A stretch of 64,000 nt of DNA. Origin: an uncultured Gammaproteobacteria bacterium (GTDB lineage: Bacteria; Pseudomonadota; Gammaproteobacteria; JAURND01). Made by a program: the position numbers and the translations under genes. Below, piece by piece: positions 9,386 through 20,551 of the stretch; position 1 is the stretch's first letter, and every line of letters starts with the position of its first letter. Below the pieces are notes generated by a model. That model did no database searches. It saw only the letters and a program-made list of their open reading frames with translations, and had not been told where the DNA came from. The stretch covers positions 224,001-288,000 of the forward strand of contig CAVQQD010000003.1 in the NCBI GenBank assembly GCA_963714975.1, in the 5' to 3' direction.

Positions 9386-10879
9386 GTGCTACACATCTAT
9401 AATACTCAAAGCCGCAAGAAGGAGCCGTTCCAGCCCATTATCCCTGGTCAGGTGCGTTTATATGTATGTGGTTCGACTGTTTATGATTACTGCCACATTG
9501 GCCATGGTCGCAGCATTATGGTGGTATTTGATGTCGTCACGCGTTATCTGCGTTATTTGGGCTATCAAGTACAATACGTCCGTAATATCACTGATATCGA
9601 CGATAAAATTATTCAACGAGCAAGGGAATTAGGGGAGGATATTTCCCAACTCACTGAGCGTTTTATTCAGGCCATGCACGAGGATGAACGTGCTTTAGGC
9701 GTTTTAGCTCCTGATCTTGAGCCCCGCGCGACCCAGCATATTCCTGACATCATCGCGATGATTGAAAAATTATTGGCCCAGGGTTATGCCTATGTTGCAG
9801 AAAATGGCGATGTTAATTTTGAGATCAGTCGTTTCCCGGAGTATGGGCATTTTTCTAATCAATCGATCGAAAAACTGCGTAGCGGCGCGCGGGTGGATAT
9901 TATTGAAACAAAAAGGGATCCTTTAGATTTTGCGTTGTGGAAACTAGCTAAGCCTGGGGAGCCGAGTTGGGATGCGCCCTGGGGAAGAGGGCGCCCGGGG
10001 TGGCATATTGAATGTTCTGCCATGTCGACTGGTTGTTTGGGGGAACATCTGGATATCCATGGCGGGGGCTTGGATTTGGTATTCCCCCATCATCAAAATG
10101 AAATAGCCCAATCGGAGGGTGCTTTTGGTGGGCGATTTGTGAATTACTGGATGCATGTTGGGTTTGTTCAGGTAAATCGGGAAAAGATGTCGAAATCTCT
10201 GGGAAACTTCCTTACCATTCGCGATGTTTTGGCGCAGTATGATGCGGAAGTAGTGCGTTATTTTATGTTGGCGAGCCATTATCGTAGCCCGATTAACTAT
10301 AGCCAGGAAAATTTACAAAGTGCGCAAATGGCCCTCGAGCGGCTTTATTTATGTTTGCGCGGCTTGCCAGCTACTGCGGAGAATTTAGAGCCCAGCGTCA
10401 TCCCTGCATGGAGGCAGGGATCCAGTTCGCAGGAAGCAAAACTTTCACATCCTAGTGGCTTGGATCCCGGCTTCCTGCCGGGACGACACGATAGGCCGGG
10501 ACGAGACGATATTGCACGTTTCTGTGCAGCAATGGATGATGATTTTAATACGCCGGTGGCTTTGGCGGTGTTGTTTGATTTAATCCGCGAAATCAATGTG
10601 TTATATCAAAAACAGTCAATCGAAATGGCAGCTCGATTAGGGGCGGTGTTGCGAAAATTAAGCGCTATTTTGGGGATTGGCCAGCAAAATCCTGAGACAT
10701 TTCTGCGGTTGGGGATGCCGGCGGAGGAAATTCAACAAATTGAGCAATTGATAACCGCGCGAGAAGCAGCGCGGGCAGCAAAACAATGGCAACAAGCGGA
10801 TCAATTGCGGGACCAATTGGCGGCAATGGGGGTGGTGATTGAGGATAGCGCTCAGGGGACCCTATGGCGCAAGCACTAG
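9386..10879 (+). CDS. cysS: Cysteine--tRNA ligase (with in-frame palindrome insert)
   Basis: [47 protein letters not shown]. Confidence 0.97.
   Translation: MLHIYNTQSRKKEPFQPIIPGQVRLYVCGSTVYDYCHIGHGRSIMVVFDVVTRYLRYLGYQVQYVRNITDIDDKIIQRARELGEDISQLTERFIQAMHEDERALGVLAPDLEPRATQHIPDIIAMIEKLLAQGYAYVAENGDVNFEISRFPEYGHFSNQSIEKLRSGARVDIIETKRDPLDFALWKLAKPGEPSWDAPWGRGRPGWHIECSAMSTGCLGEHLDIHGGGLDLVFPHHQNEIAQSEGAFGGRFVNYWMHVGFVQVNREKMSKSLGNFLTIRDVLAQYDAEVVRYFMLASHYRSPINYSQENLQSAQMALERLYLCLRGLPATAENLEPSVIPAWRQGSSSQEAKLSHPSGLDPGFLPGRHDRPGRDDIARFCAAMDDDFNTPVALAVLFDLIREINVLYQKQSIEMAARLGAVLRKLSAILGIGQQNPETFLRLGMPAEEIQQIEQLITAREAARAAKQWQQADQLRDQLAAMGVVIEDSAQGTLWRKH
10396..10512 (+). repeat. CGTC-type palindromic element translated inside cysS
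   Basis: CGTCATCCCTGCATGGAGGCAGGGATCCA...TGGATCCCGGCTTCCTGCCGGGACGAC, plus an 18-bp unit x2 (10477-10512). Confidence 0.85.
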
Positions 10880-10907
10880 CTCGTTGCCACCGTCCCCGCA
10901 TTCCCTA

Positions 10908-11840
10908 TTAGACAAATACAGAGGTAGGAGTGAGTGCGTTCTTATTGATATCTTCATCTGGCTCAGCTGGTAACAGCAGGATATTCAGGCCGTTTCCATC
11001 CGCCTCTGATGAGGTCTGACCTCCAGTACCTTCGCTAATATCTGAAGATATGGCTACATCATTTAGGCTAAGTTTAGTGCCTATCACACCTGAAATCTGG
11101 TGAGAGCCAGTAAGTGCAGGAGGCAACTGCACGTTATATTTGGCAGGATCTTTGATCACCGCGACGAGCGCCAAAAACTTGGGTAAATAATTTTGAGTTT
11201 CCTTGGGCAGCTGTTTTAGGTTCCAGAAATTAGTTCCTTGTTGAGCAGCACTGCGTAATCGAGTTGGGCCATAATTATAGGCGGCCACAGCAAGTAACCA
11301 ATCCTTACTTAAAGTTTGATGTAAGGAATTCAAGTATTTTAAAGCCGCTGTGGTTGAAGCAGCCAGATCACGTCTGCCATCCTGGCCGCCTGTTACTTTG
11401 ACTCCCAGATGGGCTGCTGTTTTTGGCATAAGTTGCCAAATACCGGCAGCCCCTTTGTTGGATGAGGCATTAGGATTAAAGTGACTTTCTATCATAGGTA
11501 GTAAAGCCAGCTCAGCAGGTACCCCGTGCTTTTGGGTTTGTTCAAATATATAAGATATATAAGGGGCAGCCTTCTGGAGTGAGGCATAAAGAGCATTTTT
11601 ATGCTTTACCAAGGCTTGAATCTGAGCTTTCACCTCATTACGTTCATTATGATGATGTAAATTAAAACGGCTGCCTAAAGCGTCCCACATGGAGCTTGAG
11701 CGCGAGCTAGGTGTTTGTTCTACAACAGTTTTTTTGGTTGAATCAGGTGCTGAGGCGCCTAAGCTTTGTGGGCTCACGACTAAGAATAAACTCGACAGTA
11801 CCGCCGAACAGGTTAATTTGCTAAATATATATGATTTCAT
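10908..11840 (-). CDS. Lytic transglycosylase (SLT domain, MltD-like, no clear LysM)
   Basis: Signal peptide, LPMIES, GAAGIWQLMP, AAYNYG, LPKETQNY. Confidence 0.9.
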   Translation of the reverse strand: MKSYIFSKLTCSAVLSSLFLVVSPQSLGASAPDSTKKTVVEQTPSSRSSSMWDALGSRFNLHHHNERNEVKAQIQALVKHKNALYASLQKAAPYISYIFEQTQKHGVPAELALLPMIESHFNPNASSNKGAAGIWQLMPKTAAHLGVKVTGGQDGRRDLAASTTAALKYLNSLHQTLSKDWLLAVAAYNYGPTRLRSAAQQGTNFWNLKQLPKETQNYLPKFLALVAVIKDPAKYNVQLPPALTGSHQISGVIGTKLSLNDVAISSDISEGTGGQTSSEADGNGLNILLLPAEPDEDINKNALTPTSVFV

Positions 11841-11895
11841 AGAATCTTATACTACATTAAAACATGGTTAAGGTCAAGCTAAGGTGCAGGCACTT

Positions 11896-11940
11896 CGTCA
11901 TCCCGTCTCTCCATCATCCCGACTCTCCGTCATCCCGAGG
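11896..11940. repeat. 16-bp tandem repeat of a CGTCATCCCG element end
   Basis: CGTCATCCCGTCTCTC CATCATCCCGACTCTC CGTCATCCCGAGG. Confidence 0.8.
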
Positions 11941-12021
11941 AGGGGTAACGGGGGGGTGTTGCGTTGCATTGCTGTATGTATGAGGGTGACGCTTGAGGCA
12001 AAATGAGATATCGTTATTCTC

Positions 12022-12894
12022 ATGACCGCAAAAATACTCGATGGCAATGTGGTAGCGGCACAAATCCGCCAAAGCATTGCCAATGAAATCACAATACGTT
12101 CAGCCAAGGGCTTGAAGTTGCCCAGTCTTGCCGTAATTCTAGTGGGGAATAATCCTGCTTCTGAGATTTATGTGAAACATAAGCGCAAAGACTGCCAAAG
12201 CGTTGGCATTATTTCTCACGCTTATGATTTACCACCCAGTACTACTCATAACGCCCTGTTGGAGTTAATTGCCCAACTGAATGCTGACGAGGATATTCAT
12301 GGCATCTTGGTGCAATTACCTCTGCCGTTGCACATTCGCACCTCACAAATTTTAGACGCTATTGACCCCAATAAAGATGTGGATGCTTTCCATCCTTATA
12401 ATGTTGGCTGCTTAGCCCAGCGCCGCCCAACCTTACGCCCATGTACGCCCTTTGGGATCATTACCCTTTTAAAAAATGCCAAAATCAATTTGGAGGGTAT
12501 CAACGCAGTAGTTTTAGGTTCTTCTAATATCGTCGGTCGGCCAATGGCTTTGGAGTTGCTACTTGCTAAAGCGACTGTCACAGTGTGTCATCGTTTTTCT
12601 AAAGAAACGGATATTGCGGGGCATGTAAAGCGTGCTGATTTATTGGTAGTCGCCATAGGCAAGCTAGGGGTGATCAAGACAGAGTGGATTAAGCCAAGGG
12701 CGATTGTGGTAGATGTGGGGATTCATCGATTACCGGATGGCTCGATCTGTGGAGATGTGGACTTTGCTTCAGCTAAGCTTAAGGCTTCCTGGATTACCCC
12801 CGTCCCCGGTGGTGTGGGCCCCATGACCCGGGCGATTTTGCTGCAAAATACGCTTTATGCTGCTGAGAGGCAATCTACTGCTACTATATCCTGA
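12022..12894 (+). CDS. folD: Methylenetetrahydrofolate dehydrogenase/cyclohydrolase
   Basis: [34 protein letters not shown]. Confidence 0.97.
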   Translation: MTAKILDGNVVAAQIRQSIANEITIRSAKGLKLPSLAVILVGNNPASEIYVKHKRKDCQSVGIISHAYDLPPSTTHNALLELIAQLNADEDIHGILVQLPLPLHIRTSQILDAIDPNKDVDAFHPYNVGCLAQRRPTLRPCTPFGIITLLKNAKINLEGINAVVLGSSNIVGRPMALELLLAKATVTVCHRFSKETDIAGHVKRADLLVVAIGKLGVIKTEWIKPRAIVVDVGIHRLPDGSICGDVDFASAKLKASWITPVPGGVGPMTRAILLQNTLYAAERQSTATIS

Positions 12895-12923
12895 GGCCTT
12901 GATAAGGAGTAGCATGTTTCGCC

Positions 12924-13676
12924 ATGCATACAATTGACTCACTCGACATAACCTTAAGACAGATGGATTTGTGGTATCGCTCTACTCTTGGCTCTTTTTT
13001 AATTGAAGCAGAGCGTGTGGAATTAGATCGGTGCTTAGAATCTTATTTTGGCGCTCATCTATTACAGCTGGGGGGGCCCAGTGAAAAATTTTTGTTTGAA
13101 AAAAGTCCCATTTTACATCGTGTTAGATTAAGTCCAGAATATGCTTCTGCTTTTCGCGGGCCCTGTGTCCAAGGATTAGTAAATCAATTGCCTTTTTTGC
13201 CAGAAAGTATCGATGTTATCTTGCTGCCTCATGTGCTCGAATTTATTTCGAATCCAGAAGAACTACTGTGCCAATGTAATTCTGTTTTAGCGCCGGAAGG
13301 GCATTTGCTGATTTTAGGGTTTAATCCCTATAGTTTGTGGGGATTAGCAAAATATGGATTGCATCATCGCCAGAGCTTACCTTGGCGAGGGCATTTTCGC
13401 AGTGCTATAACTATATGTCATTGTTTAATGAAGCAGGGATTTGAAATTGAAAAAGAATCGAGTTTATTTTTTCGTCCTCCGCTATCAAATTATCGATGGT
13501 TGCAAAAAATGTTTGTGCTCGAGGTATTTGGCAGATTGTTTTGGGGAAAATGCGGAGCCATTTATATTATTATTGCAAAAAAAAGAGTGATATCTTTATT
13601 GCCACCGGCGAAAATTGCTGCTGCTAAAACTGCTCAATTTCCTGGCTACTTAGAACCAAGTGCTAAAGTACGGTAA
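12924..13676 (+). CDS. Class I SAM-dependent methyltransferase (YafS-like)
   Basis: [28 protein letters not shown]; conserved position next to rnhA. Confidence 0.85.
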   Translation: MHTIDSLDITLRQMDLWYRSTLGSFLIEAERVELDRCLESYFGAHLLQLGGPSEKFLFEKSPILHRVRLSPEYASAFRGPCVQGLVNQLPFLPESIDVILLPHVLEFISNPEELLCQCNSVLAPEGHLLILGFNPYSLWGLAKYGLHHRQSLPWRGHFRSAITICHCLMKQGFEIEKESSLFFRPPLSNYRWLQKMFVLEVFGRLFWGKCGAIYIIIAKKRVISLLPPAKIAAAKTAQFPGYLEPSAKVR

Positions 13677-13685
13677 CTTACCTGC

Positions 13686-13742
13686 AAAACTCCGGCGTCA
13701 TTCCGAAAACTCCGACGTCATTCCGAGCGCAGCGAGGAATCT
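13686..13742. repeat. Half CGTC element with 20-bp tandem duplication
   Basis: AAAACTCCG(G/A)CGTCATTCCG x2, then AGCGCAGCGAGGAATCT. Confidence 0.8.
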
Positions 13743-13743
13743 T

Positions 13744-14184
13744 ATGCAAAAAACAATTTACATTTTTACTGATGGCGCGTGTCGTGGTAATCCAGGCCCG
13801 GGAGGGTGGGGTGCCTTATTGCGTTGCGATTCTCACGAAAAAACTATTTATGGTGGAGAACTCTTTACAACCAATAATCGTATGGAATTGACAGCAGTTA
13901 TTACTGCCTTGGCTACTTTAAAACGGCCTTCTCATGTCGAAATAACGACTGATTCTAATTATGTGCGTTTAGGTATCACGCAATGGTTATTGCGATGGAA
14001 ATGCAATCATTGGCTCAATAGCAACAAAAAAGCAGTAAAAAATAAAGACCTCTGGGAAAGACTGGATCAAGAAGTGAAGCGTCACCAGCAGGTAATTTGG
14101 CATTGGGTAAAAGGACACAGTGGTCATCCTGAGAATGAAATAGCGGATCAGTTAGCGAATCGTGGTATCGATGAGTTATTGTAA
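13744..14184 (+). CDS. rnhA: Ribonuclease HI
   Basis: [39 protein letters not shown]. Confidence 0.97.
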   Translation: MQKTIYIFTDGACRGNPGPGGWGALLRCDSHEKTIYGGELFTTNNRMELTAVITALATLKRPSHVEITTDSNYVRLGITQWLLRWKCNHWLNSNKKAVKNKDLWERLDQEVKRHQQVIWHWVKGHSGHPENEIADQLANRGIDELL

Positions 14185-14239
14185 CCTAGGCTCATAGCTG
14201 CCTGTTTTTGCCAACGTTGGCAATATAGTGAATAGTTAC
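14183..14239. repeat. Partial copy of the element at 53022-53162
   Basis: 33-bp identity AACCTAGGCTCATAGCTGCCTGTTTTTGCCAAC to 53106-53138; ends GTGAATAGTTAC. Confidence 0.85.
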
Positions 14240-14564
14240 GTCATCCCTCATGAAAGTCTTCCTCTTTGCTCTGAATAACACCAGTAATTATTTTTCAATC
14301 ATAATAAAAATATTGTAATTATAAATTTTTTATATGGAAATTTGCGCAACAAAAAATATAAAAATTTTCTTTTGAAAAAAAGCTTGCATTTTAAAAAAAT
14401 GTGATTAATATAGGCGCTACACATGGTTGTGTGCTGGTGTATTAGGGCTGGCTCAATTTTAAACTCGATTTTAAATTTAGTTTTGAAATTAAGCCATAAG
14501 TCCAGAGGATCATAACAATGTGTATAAAAAAACCTGTTCTTTGGAATTCTCATGGAGGTTACAA

Positions 14565-15719
14565 ATGAAGAAAATTTTAGTTTTAGCAACAGCTGCTTTG
14601 ACAGCATCACTTGGGGCTTATGCAGCGGTTCCAACCACGGCTAGACCCTTTCAAATAGTTGTTCCCAATCTTAAAGCTGGACCCATCATTGAGTTAGAAG
14701 GTCTCTTGTTAAGACCACACAATGATGATTTAAGTTTTTCAGCAGTTAATAGTTCATTTGAGTCAGATGACAATTTAAATGACTTTGAGTTTGATGATTT
14801 CTCAAGTAAAGTCAACCAAGTTAATCCCAAGTACAACTTTGGATTTCGTGTAGCCTTGGGTTATATTTTCCCAGAATCTGGCAATGACATTTTGTTATCC
14901 TGGACTCACTTCAGCAAGAGTCGCAGTGCTAATACTGTTGCAGGACCTGGTGAAGTGTTAAGAACCGATTTAGGGTTCCCATTGGTAAATATTAATGAGC
15001 CTCTGCCAATTTTTGGGGATGACGTAATTGTCAGCGATGTAGAACCTCAAGCTAAGAGCAAAGCCAGTTTTCGCTATGATGCAATAGACTTAGATGTCGG
15101 TCAATATATGGATGTCGGTACCCGTCTTCGCTTAAGAGCATTTGGTGGCTTGCGTCTTGCTCGATTGAAGAACAATCTCACTAATAAGCATTTTGCTTCT
15201 TATGATATTCTCGAGGAAGAAACTGGTGAGTTAGAATCTACTATTGCATTTGCAGAAGAAGTTGATTATCAGTCCAAGTTTACTGGAATTGGTCCACGCT
15301 TCGGTATTGATTCATCCTACCATCTTGGTTATTGCTTTGGTATCGTTGGACATGTTTCCGGAAATCTGTTAGTGGGTAAAGTCAGTTCTAACACCGATGC
15401 AGATTTTGTTACTGACGTCACCTTCCCAGATGGTGAAGAGTTCATCACTGGAGTAGATCATGATGTCAGTGTAACTAAGCATAATCGCTTGGTACCAGGC
15501 TTTGACGCTAAATTAGGTTTGGATTGGACGTACATCATTCCTTCCAATGCATCATCAATTAGCATAGAAGCTGGTTATCAATGGACTCACTACATCGATG
15601 CTGTTGATCGATATCGTGTCCGCACTGGCTTAGATGTAGATTCTCCAGGTATCGTTACTAGGACCACCAGCAGTATCGGTTTTGATGGTCCTTACCTAAC
15701 TTTGACTTGGGCTGTCTAA
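14565..15719 (+). CDS. Legionella MOMP/Lpg1974-type outer membrane porin
   Basis: GGAGG RBS, signal peptide, YNFGFRVALGY, SKFTGIGPRFG, IEAGYQ, FDGPYLTLTW beta-barrel C-terminus. Confidence 0.85.
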   Translation: MKKILVLATAALTASLGAYAAVPTTARPFQIVVPNLKAGPIIELEGLLLRPHNDDLSFSAVNSSFESDDNLNDFEFDDFSSKVNQVNPKYNFGFRVALGYIFPESGNDILLSWTHFSKSRSANTVAGPGEVLRTDLGFPLVNINEPLPIFGDDVIVSDVEPQAKSKASFRYDAIDLDVGQYMDVGTRLRLRAFGGLRLARLKNNLTNKHFASYDILEEETGELESTIAFAEEVDYQSKFTGIGPRFGIDSSYHLGYCFGIVGHVSGNLLVGKVSSNTDADFVTDVTFPDGEEFITGVDHDVSVTKHNRLVPGFDAKLGLDWTYIIPSNASSISIEAGYQWTHYIDAVDRYRVRTGLDVDSPGIVTRTTSSIGFDGPYLTLTWAV

Positions 15720-15728
15720 GTAGTTTAG

Positions 15729-15762
15729 AGGCTTTCTCAGTGAATCGAGAAAGCCTTTGTTT
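15729..15762 (+). terminator. Rho-independent terminator
   Basis: AGGCTTTCTC-loop-GAGAAAGCCT followed by TTGTTT. A second hairpin lies at ~15792-15830. Confidence 0.7.
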
Positions 15763-15870
15763 GCAGTACTTAGTTACCTCCGGAACAGGCAGTACAGGGG
15801 ACGTGGTTTTTTCGCCCCCTGTACGCTTTTCCACTCTTATTTAAGTTTTCCCTTTCCTTAACTTGTTTTC

Positions 15871-16677
15871 ATGAGCTATCGACAGATTGTATTGGATACT
15901 GAAACTACGGGTTTAGCACTGGAAGACCGGATTATTGAGGTAGCTGGGGTTGAATTAATAAATCGTAAAATAACGGGTCAGCATTTCCATCAGTACGTGT
16001 GTCCGCAGCGACAAATTGATCAAGAGGCTGTAAGGATACACGGGATCACTGAAGATTTTTTAGCGGATAAGCCACCTTTCTCAGAAATAATTCATTCGTT
16101 CCTAAATTTTATTCAAGGCGCACAATTAATTATTCATAATGCACCTTTTGATCTCCGATTTTTAAAATATGAATTTGAACTAACAGGTTTGGCTTTCAAG
16201 GAGGTTGAAACCTATGGTAGTGTCGTGGATACTTTGGTATTGGCAAAGAAAAAACATCCGGGACAACAAAATAGTCTTGATGCCTTATGTAAGCGTTACG
16301 GTATTGATCGCTCATCTCGTCAATTCCACGGGGCTTTATTAGACGCTAACTTGCTCACTCATGTTTATCTTGCTATGACTGGGGGGCAAACGAGTTTGTT
16401 GGGTGATTTTTCTGAAAGGGTTCGCCGTCATTGCGAGGAGCAAAGCGACGAAGCAATCCATACCTCGGTTTGTGGATTGCTTCGTCGTTTTGCTCCTCGC
16501 AATGACGGCGAACCAGTGTTCTTCGAGACGCTGCGCTCCTCAGGACGAACGGAGAGTAGAGAGGATTTAAAAGTCATTTATGCTTCACCTATGGAATTAA
16601 ATTCTCATCGAGATAGAATAGAGAAAATTAAAGCTGGAAATGGTGGGGTTTGTTTATGGTTAGACGAAAATTATTAA
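15871..16677 (+). CDS. dnaQ: DNA polymerase III epsilon (palindrome inserts in the linker)
   Basis: VLDTETTG, HNAPFD, SLDALCKRYGID, HGALLDA, AMTGGQTSL. Confidence 0.97.
   Translation: MSYRQIVLDTETTGLALEDRIIEVAGVELINRKITGQHFHQYVCPQRQIDQEAVRIHGITEDFLADKPPFSEIIHSFLNFIQGAQLIIHNAPFDLRFLKYEFELTGLAFKEVETYGSVVDTLVLAKKKHPGQQNSLDALCKRYGIDRSSRQFHGALLDANLLTHVYLAMTGGQTSLLGDFSERVRRHCEEQSDEAIHTSVCGLLRRFAPRNDGEPVFFETLRSSGRTESREDLKVIYASPMELNSHRDRIEKIKAGNGGVCLWLDENY
16419..16552 (+). repeat. Two palindromic elements translated inside dnaQ
   Basis: 42-bp inverted arms 16419-16460 / 16473-16514 with 1 mismatch. 16521-16552 matches the reverse complement of 56791-56823. Confidence 0.9.
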
Positions 16678-17852
16678 GATCAGTACATTTAATCTCCGAA
16701 TTTATACGTTTAGAGGCGAGTAGTGGCATTATTCTATTTGCTTCTGCCATTATTGCCTTGATTATTGCCAATTCCCCTTGGCATCACTATTACTACCGCT
16801 TATTTTATTTACCCATTCAGTATTCAATAGGGCAGTGGCATTTTTCCACTTATCTTATTTCCTGGATCAATGAAGCTTTGATGGCAGTTTTCTTTCTTTT
16901 GGTCGGTCTGGAAATCAAACGCGCCGTTTATTTCGGTGAACTCAATTCCATGGCAAAAATATCCTTACCAGGGATGGCTGCCTTGGGTGGTATGATTGTC
17001 CCTGCGCTGATTTATTTTATATTCAACTGGAATAATGTAACGGCATGGCCTGGCTGGGCAATTCCAACAGCTACTGATATTGCCTTTGCGTTAGGAATTA
17101 TGAGTTTGCTAGGAAAGCGGGTTCCTTTGAATCTTAAATTATTTCTGATGGCCTTGGCTATATTTGATGATTTGGGCGCCATTGTTATCATTGCCATCTT
17201 TTATCATTCGGATTTTTTATTATTACCTTTTTGTGGTGCGATTCTTTGTTTCATTTTTTTAGTGCTATGCAATCGCGCTCAGTATTATCAGATGTGGATT
17301 TATCTGGTTTTAGGGGTTATTTTATGGTTGTGTATGCAGAAGTCTGGCATACACCCTACTTTGGCCGGGGTGTTACTAGCGCTTACTATTCCTACTGCAA
17401 GCAAAAATTTGGGACCTTCTTGCCTAGATCGCCTCGAAACAGGGTTGCATCCTTGGGTTGCTTATGGGATCTTGCCTTTATTTAGTTTTGCCAACGCTGG
17501 GGTTTCATTTGCGGGGATTTCCTTTGGTAAATTATTTACTTCCCTTCCTTTAGGGATTATTGCGGGACTATTTATTGGCAAACAGTTAGGCGTTTTTTCC
17601 GCCACATGGTTTGCGGTGAAGAGGGGGTGGGCGCCTAAATTACCTGGAGTGAGTTGGTTAGCTGTGTATGGAGCTGCCTTAATCTGTGGGGTTGGTTTTA
17701 CCATGAGTTTATTTATTGGTCATCTGGCATTTGATGATACGAGCCCGGAAAATTCAGTATTGGTGCGATTTGGTGTATTGACGGGATCATTTTTGTCTGG
17801 AATAGTGGGTTATTTTTTATTACGAAAAGCAGTGACTAAGGATTGTCCATGA
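16656..17852 (+). CDS. nhaA: Na+/H+ antiporter NhaA
   Basis: FFLLVGLEIKR, WAIPTATDIAF, LAIFDDLG, CGVGFTMSLFI. Confidence 0.96.
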   Translation: MVRRKLLRSVHLISEFIRLEASSGIILFASAIIALIIANSPWHHYYYRLFYLPIQYSIGQWHFSTYLISWINEALMAVFFLLVGLEIKRAVYFGELNSMAKISLPGMAALGGMIVPALIYFIFNWNNVTAWPGWAIPTATDIAFALGIMSLLGKRVPLNLKLFLMALAIFDDLGAIVIIAIFYHSDFLLLPFCGAILCFIFLVLCNRAQYYQMWIYLVLGVILWLCMQKSGIHPTLAGVLLALTIPTASKNLGPSCLDRLETGLHPWVAYGILPLFSFANAGVSFAGISFGKLFTSLPLGIIAGLFIGKQLGVFSATWFAVKRGWAPKLPGVSWLAVYGAALICGVGFTMSLFIGHLAFDDTSPENSVLVRFGVLTGSFLSGIVGYFLLRKAVTKDCP

Positions 17853-20497
17853 ACACTCAACAACCTCCAATGCATTTCCTGGCGGATTACACTCCTCCTG
17901 ATTTTCAGATTGATTCAATAGATCTATTTTTTGATTTGTATGAAGAAGTCACTTTTGTCACTTCTAAACTCCAGATCAGAAAGATGTCAAACGCCAAAAC
18001 GGCCATGCCGCTAGTATTGGATGGTGAGGGTTTGCTGCTAAAAAAGTTAGTATTAGACGGGACAGAATTAGCTACAGATCAGTATGAAGTCACTAAGCAG
18101 CACCTCAAAATTTTACAAACGCCGGCGAAATTTAGTTTAGAGATCGTAGTGGAAATAAAACCGCAGGAGAATAAACTACTAGCGGGATTGTATAAATCGG
18201 GGGGGAATTTCTGTACGCAATGTGAATCCCAAGGTTTTAGAAGGATTACTTATTTTTTAGATCGTCCCGATGTTTTAACCCAATATACCACAGCAATTGC
18301 CGCCGATAGAACACGCTATCCCATATTGTTGGCCAACGGAAATTTAGTTGACAGTAAGGAACTTGCAGATGATCGTCATTGGGTTAAATGGCATGATCCC
18401 ACTCATAAGCCCTCCTATTTATTTGCCTTGGTCGCTGGAAATTTGGAAGCTTTGCAGGATGTTTATGTTACCCAATCTGGGCGTTCCGTCGATCTTGCTA
18501 TTTATGTGGAGCCAGGAAAACTGAAGCAAGCTCAATATGCTATGAGCGCGCTAAAAGCAGCCATGTCGTGGGATGAAATTACCTATGGTCGAGAATATGA
18601 TTTAGAAATCTACATGATAGTGAGTGTGGGCGATTTTAATTTTGGTGCGATGGAAAATAAAGGCCTGAATATTTTTAATGATCGATACATCTTGGTAAAA
18701 CAAGAGACAGCAACTGATGAAGATTTTATGAATGTGCTCGCTGTGGTGGCTCATGAATATTTCCATAATTGGTCTGGCAATCGTGTTACCGTGCGTGATT
18801 GGTTTCAGATTACTTTAAAAGAAGGGTTGACAGTATTTCGCGAACAGCATTTTATGCAGGATAGCACTTCTAAAGCTTTAAGGCGAATCCAAGAAGCAAG
18901 GATTATCATCAGCCAGCAGTTCTTACAAGATAGCGGCCCGATGGCTCACCCCATTTATCCAGATTCATATATTGAAATTAATAATTTTTATACGGTCACG
19001 GTATATCAGAAAGGCGCTGAAGTTATTGGAATGCTACGTACCTTGTTAGGACCAGATACTTTTCGTAAGGCAATGGATCTTTACTTTGCTCGTAATGATG
19101 GCCATCCTGCTACGGTTGAGGAATTTGTGGTTGCGATGGAAGAAGTTTCAGGATTAGATCTCAAGCAATTTCGCTGCTGGTACAAACAGGCTGGGACACC
19201 CGTGCTGAAGATTGAGGATCATTACGACCCACATACGCAAATTTATACTTTAAATGTCGAGCAAACGGGTAAGCAATTATTTCATATTCCTTTAGCTGTG
19301 GGGCTCCTGGATCAACAAGGACGCGAGATCCCGCTGCAATTGGCAGGTGACGCAACGCCGCCGCAATTAACTACTCGCCTGTTAGATATCAAGCAGCAGA
19401 AAGAAAGCTTTAGATTTATTCAGGTCGCACATAAGCCAGTTCCTTCCTTGCTGCGTGAGTTTTCTGCGCCAGTGAAATTAGAGTATCACTATTCAGAGGA
19501 TGATTTAGTATTTTTAATGACTCATGATGCAGATCCTTTTAATCGTTGGTACGCCACTCAGCATTTGGCAACGAAATTGTTACTTCGTCTCTGCAAGGAA
19601 TCGGGAATCCAGTCGGCAGGGCGCAAAAGCGCGGTGAATAGTTTTATTCACGCCTTAGCCAGTATCCTAACTAATCCTGATTTAGATGAGGCTTTTATTG
19701 CCGAAATAATGACCCTTCCTTCTGAGATTTATTTAATTGAACAGATGGAAGTTGCTGAGGTAGAGGCTATTCATGCCGCTAGAAAGTGGTTAATGGTGCA
19801 TATTGCGAAGCAACTGCAGCCGCAATTCACGAAGTATTATCATCAGCATAAGCAAAGCCCGGTATATCAATTAACCCCTGTGGAAATAGGGGGGCGTCGT
19901 TTGAAAAATCTAGGCTTATTGTATTTAGCCGGTCTAAAAGATTCCTCGATTTATGCAGAATGTTTGGAGCAGTTTTATGCCGCGAATAATATGACTGATA
20001 CCATCGGAGCTATGACAGCACTCAACGATGTGGACTGTAAGGAGCGAGAGGAGTGTCTATCAGTCTTTTATCATCGTTGGCATAAGGATCCTCTGGTGCT
20101 CGACAAATGGTTTAAGTTACAGGCATTATCCACTTTGCCCAGAACATTGGAAGTTGTAATGCTGTTGACCCAGCATGAAGCTTTTGATCTTAGCAATCCT
20201 AATCGAGTACGGGCGCTCATTGGCAGCTTTTGCCAACTTAATCCGGTGCGGTTCCATGCAGTTGATGGTCAAGGCTATGCCTTTTTAGGGTCCTATGTGC
20301 AGAAAATTGACCGATTTAATCCTCAGCTGGCATCTCATATTATTGAGCCGTTGATTCATTGGAAGAAATTTGATAGTCAGCGGCAGACTTTGATGAAGGC
20401 CGAGTTAGAAAGACTGGCAGCAATTCCAGGCTTATCGAACAACCTCTATGAGATCATCAGCCGTAGTTTGGCGCTGCGGGAGAAGGCACTTGCTTAG
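17849..20497 (+). CDS. pepN: Aminopeptidase N
   Basis: TQCESQGFRRIT, GAMENKGLNIFN, HEYFHNW...KEG. Confidence 0.97.
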   Translation: MNTQQPPMHFLADYTPPDFQIDSIDLFFDLYEEVTFVTSKLQIRKMSNAKTAMPLVLDGEGLLLKKLVLDGTELATDQYEVTKQHLKILQTPAKFSLEIVVEIKPQENKLLAGLYKSGGNFCTQCESQGFRRITYFLDRPDVLTQYTTAIAADRTRYPILLANGNLVDSKELADDRHWVKWHDPTHKPSYLFALVAGNLEALQDVYVTQSGRSVDLAIYVEPGKLKQAQYAMSALKAAMSWDEITYGREYDLEIYMIVSVGDFNFGAMENKGLNIFNDRYILVKQETATDEDFMNVLAVVAHEYFHNWSGNRVTVRDWFQITLKEGLTVFREQHFMQDSTSKALRRIQEARIIISQQFLQDSGPMAHPIYPDSYIEINNFYTVTVYQKGAEVIGMLRTLLGPDTFRKAMDLYFARNDGHPATVEEFVVAMEEVSGLDLKQFRCWYKQAGTPVLKIEDHYDPHTQIYTLNVEQTGKQLFHIPLAVGLLDQQGREIPLQLAGDATPPQLTTRLLDIKQQKESFRFIQVAHKPVPSLLREFSAPVKLEYHYSEDDLVFLMTHDADPFNRWYATQHLATKLLLRLCKESGIQSAGRKSAVNSFIHALASILTNPDLDEAFIAEIMTLPSEIYLIEQMEVAEVEAIHAARKWLMVHIAKQLQPQFTKYYHQHKQSPVYQLTPVEIGGRRLKNLGLLYLAGLKDSSIYAECLEQFYAANNMTDTIGAMTALNDVDCKEREECLSVFYHRWHKDPLVLDKWFKLQALSTLPRTLEVVMLLTQHEAFDLSNPNRVRALIGSFCQLNPVRFHAVDGQGYAFLGSYVQKIDRFNPQLASHIIEPLIHWKKFDSQRQTLMKAELERLAAIPGLSNNLYEIISRSLALREKALA

Positions 20498-20518
20498 CCA
20501 ATCCCCCTCAGTTACAAT
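20490..20518 (+). promoter_or_regulatory. Sigma70 promoter of rpsO
   Basis: TTGCTT-17nt-TACAAT. Confidence 0.6.
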
Positions 20519-20551
20519 GCCTGACTTTGCCATATTATAGAGGAGATTTGA

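Noticed and set aside
9057-9632. 191-aa ORF containing an RPE4-like peptide
   Set aside because: It overlaps the GNAT gene antisense and cysS out of frame, so it is probably a shadow ORF.
13660-13743. N-terminal extension of RNase HI through the repeat
   Set aside because: ATG 13744 gives a normal-length protein, and the upstream GTG lies within the previous gene.
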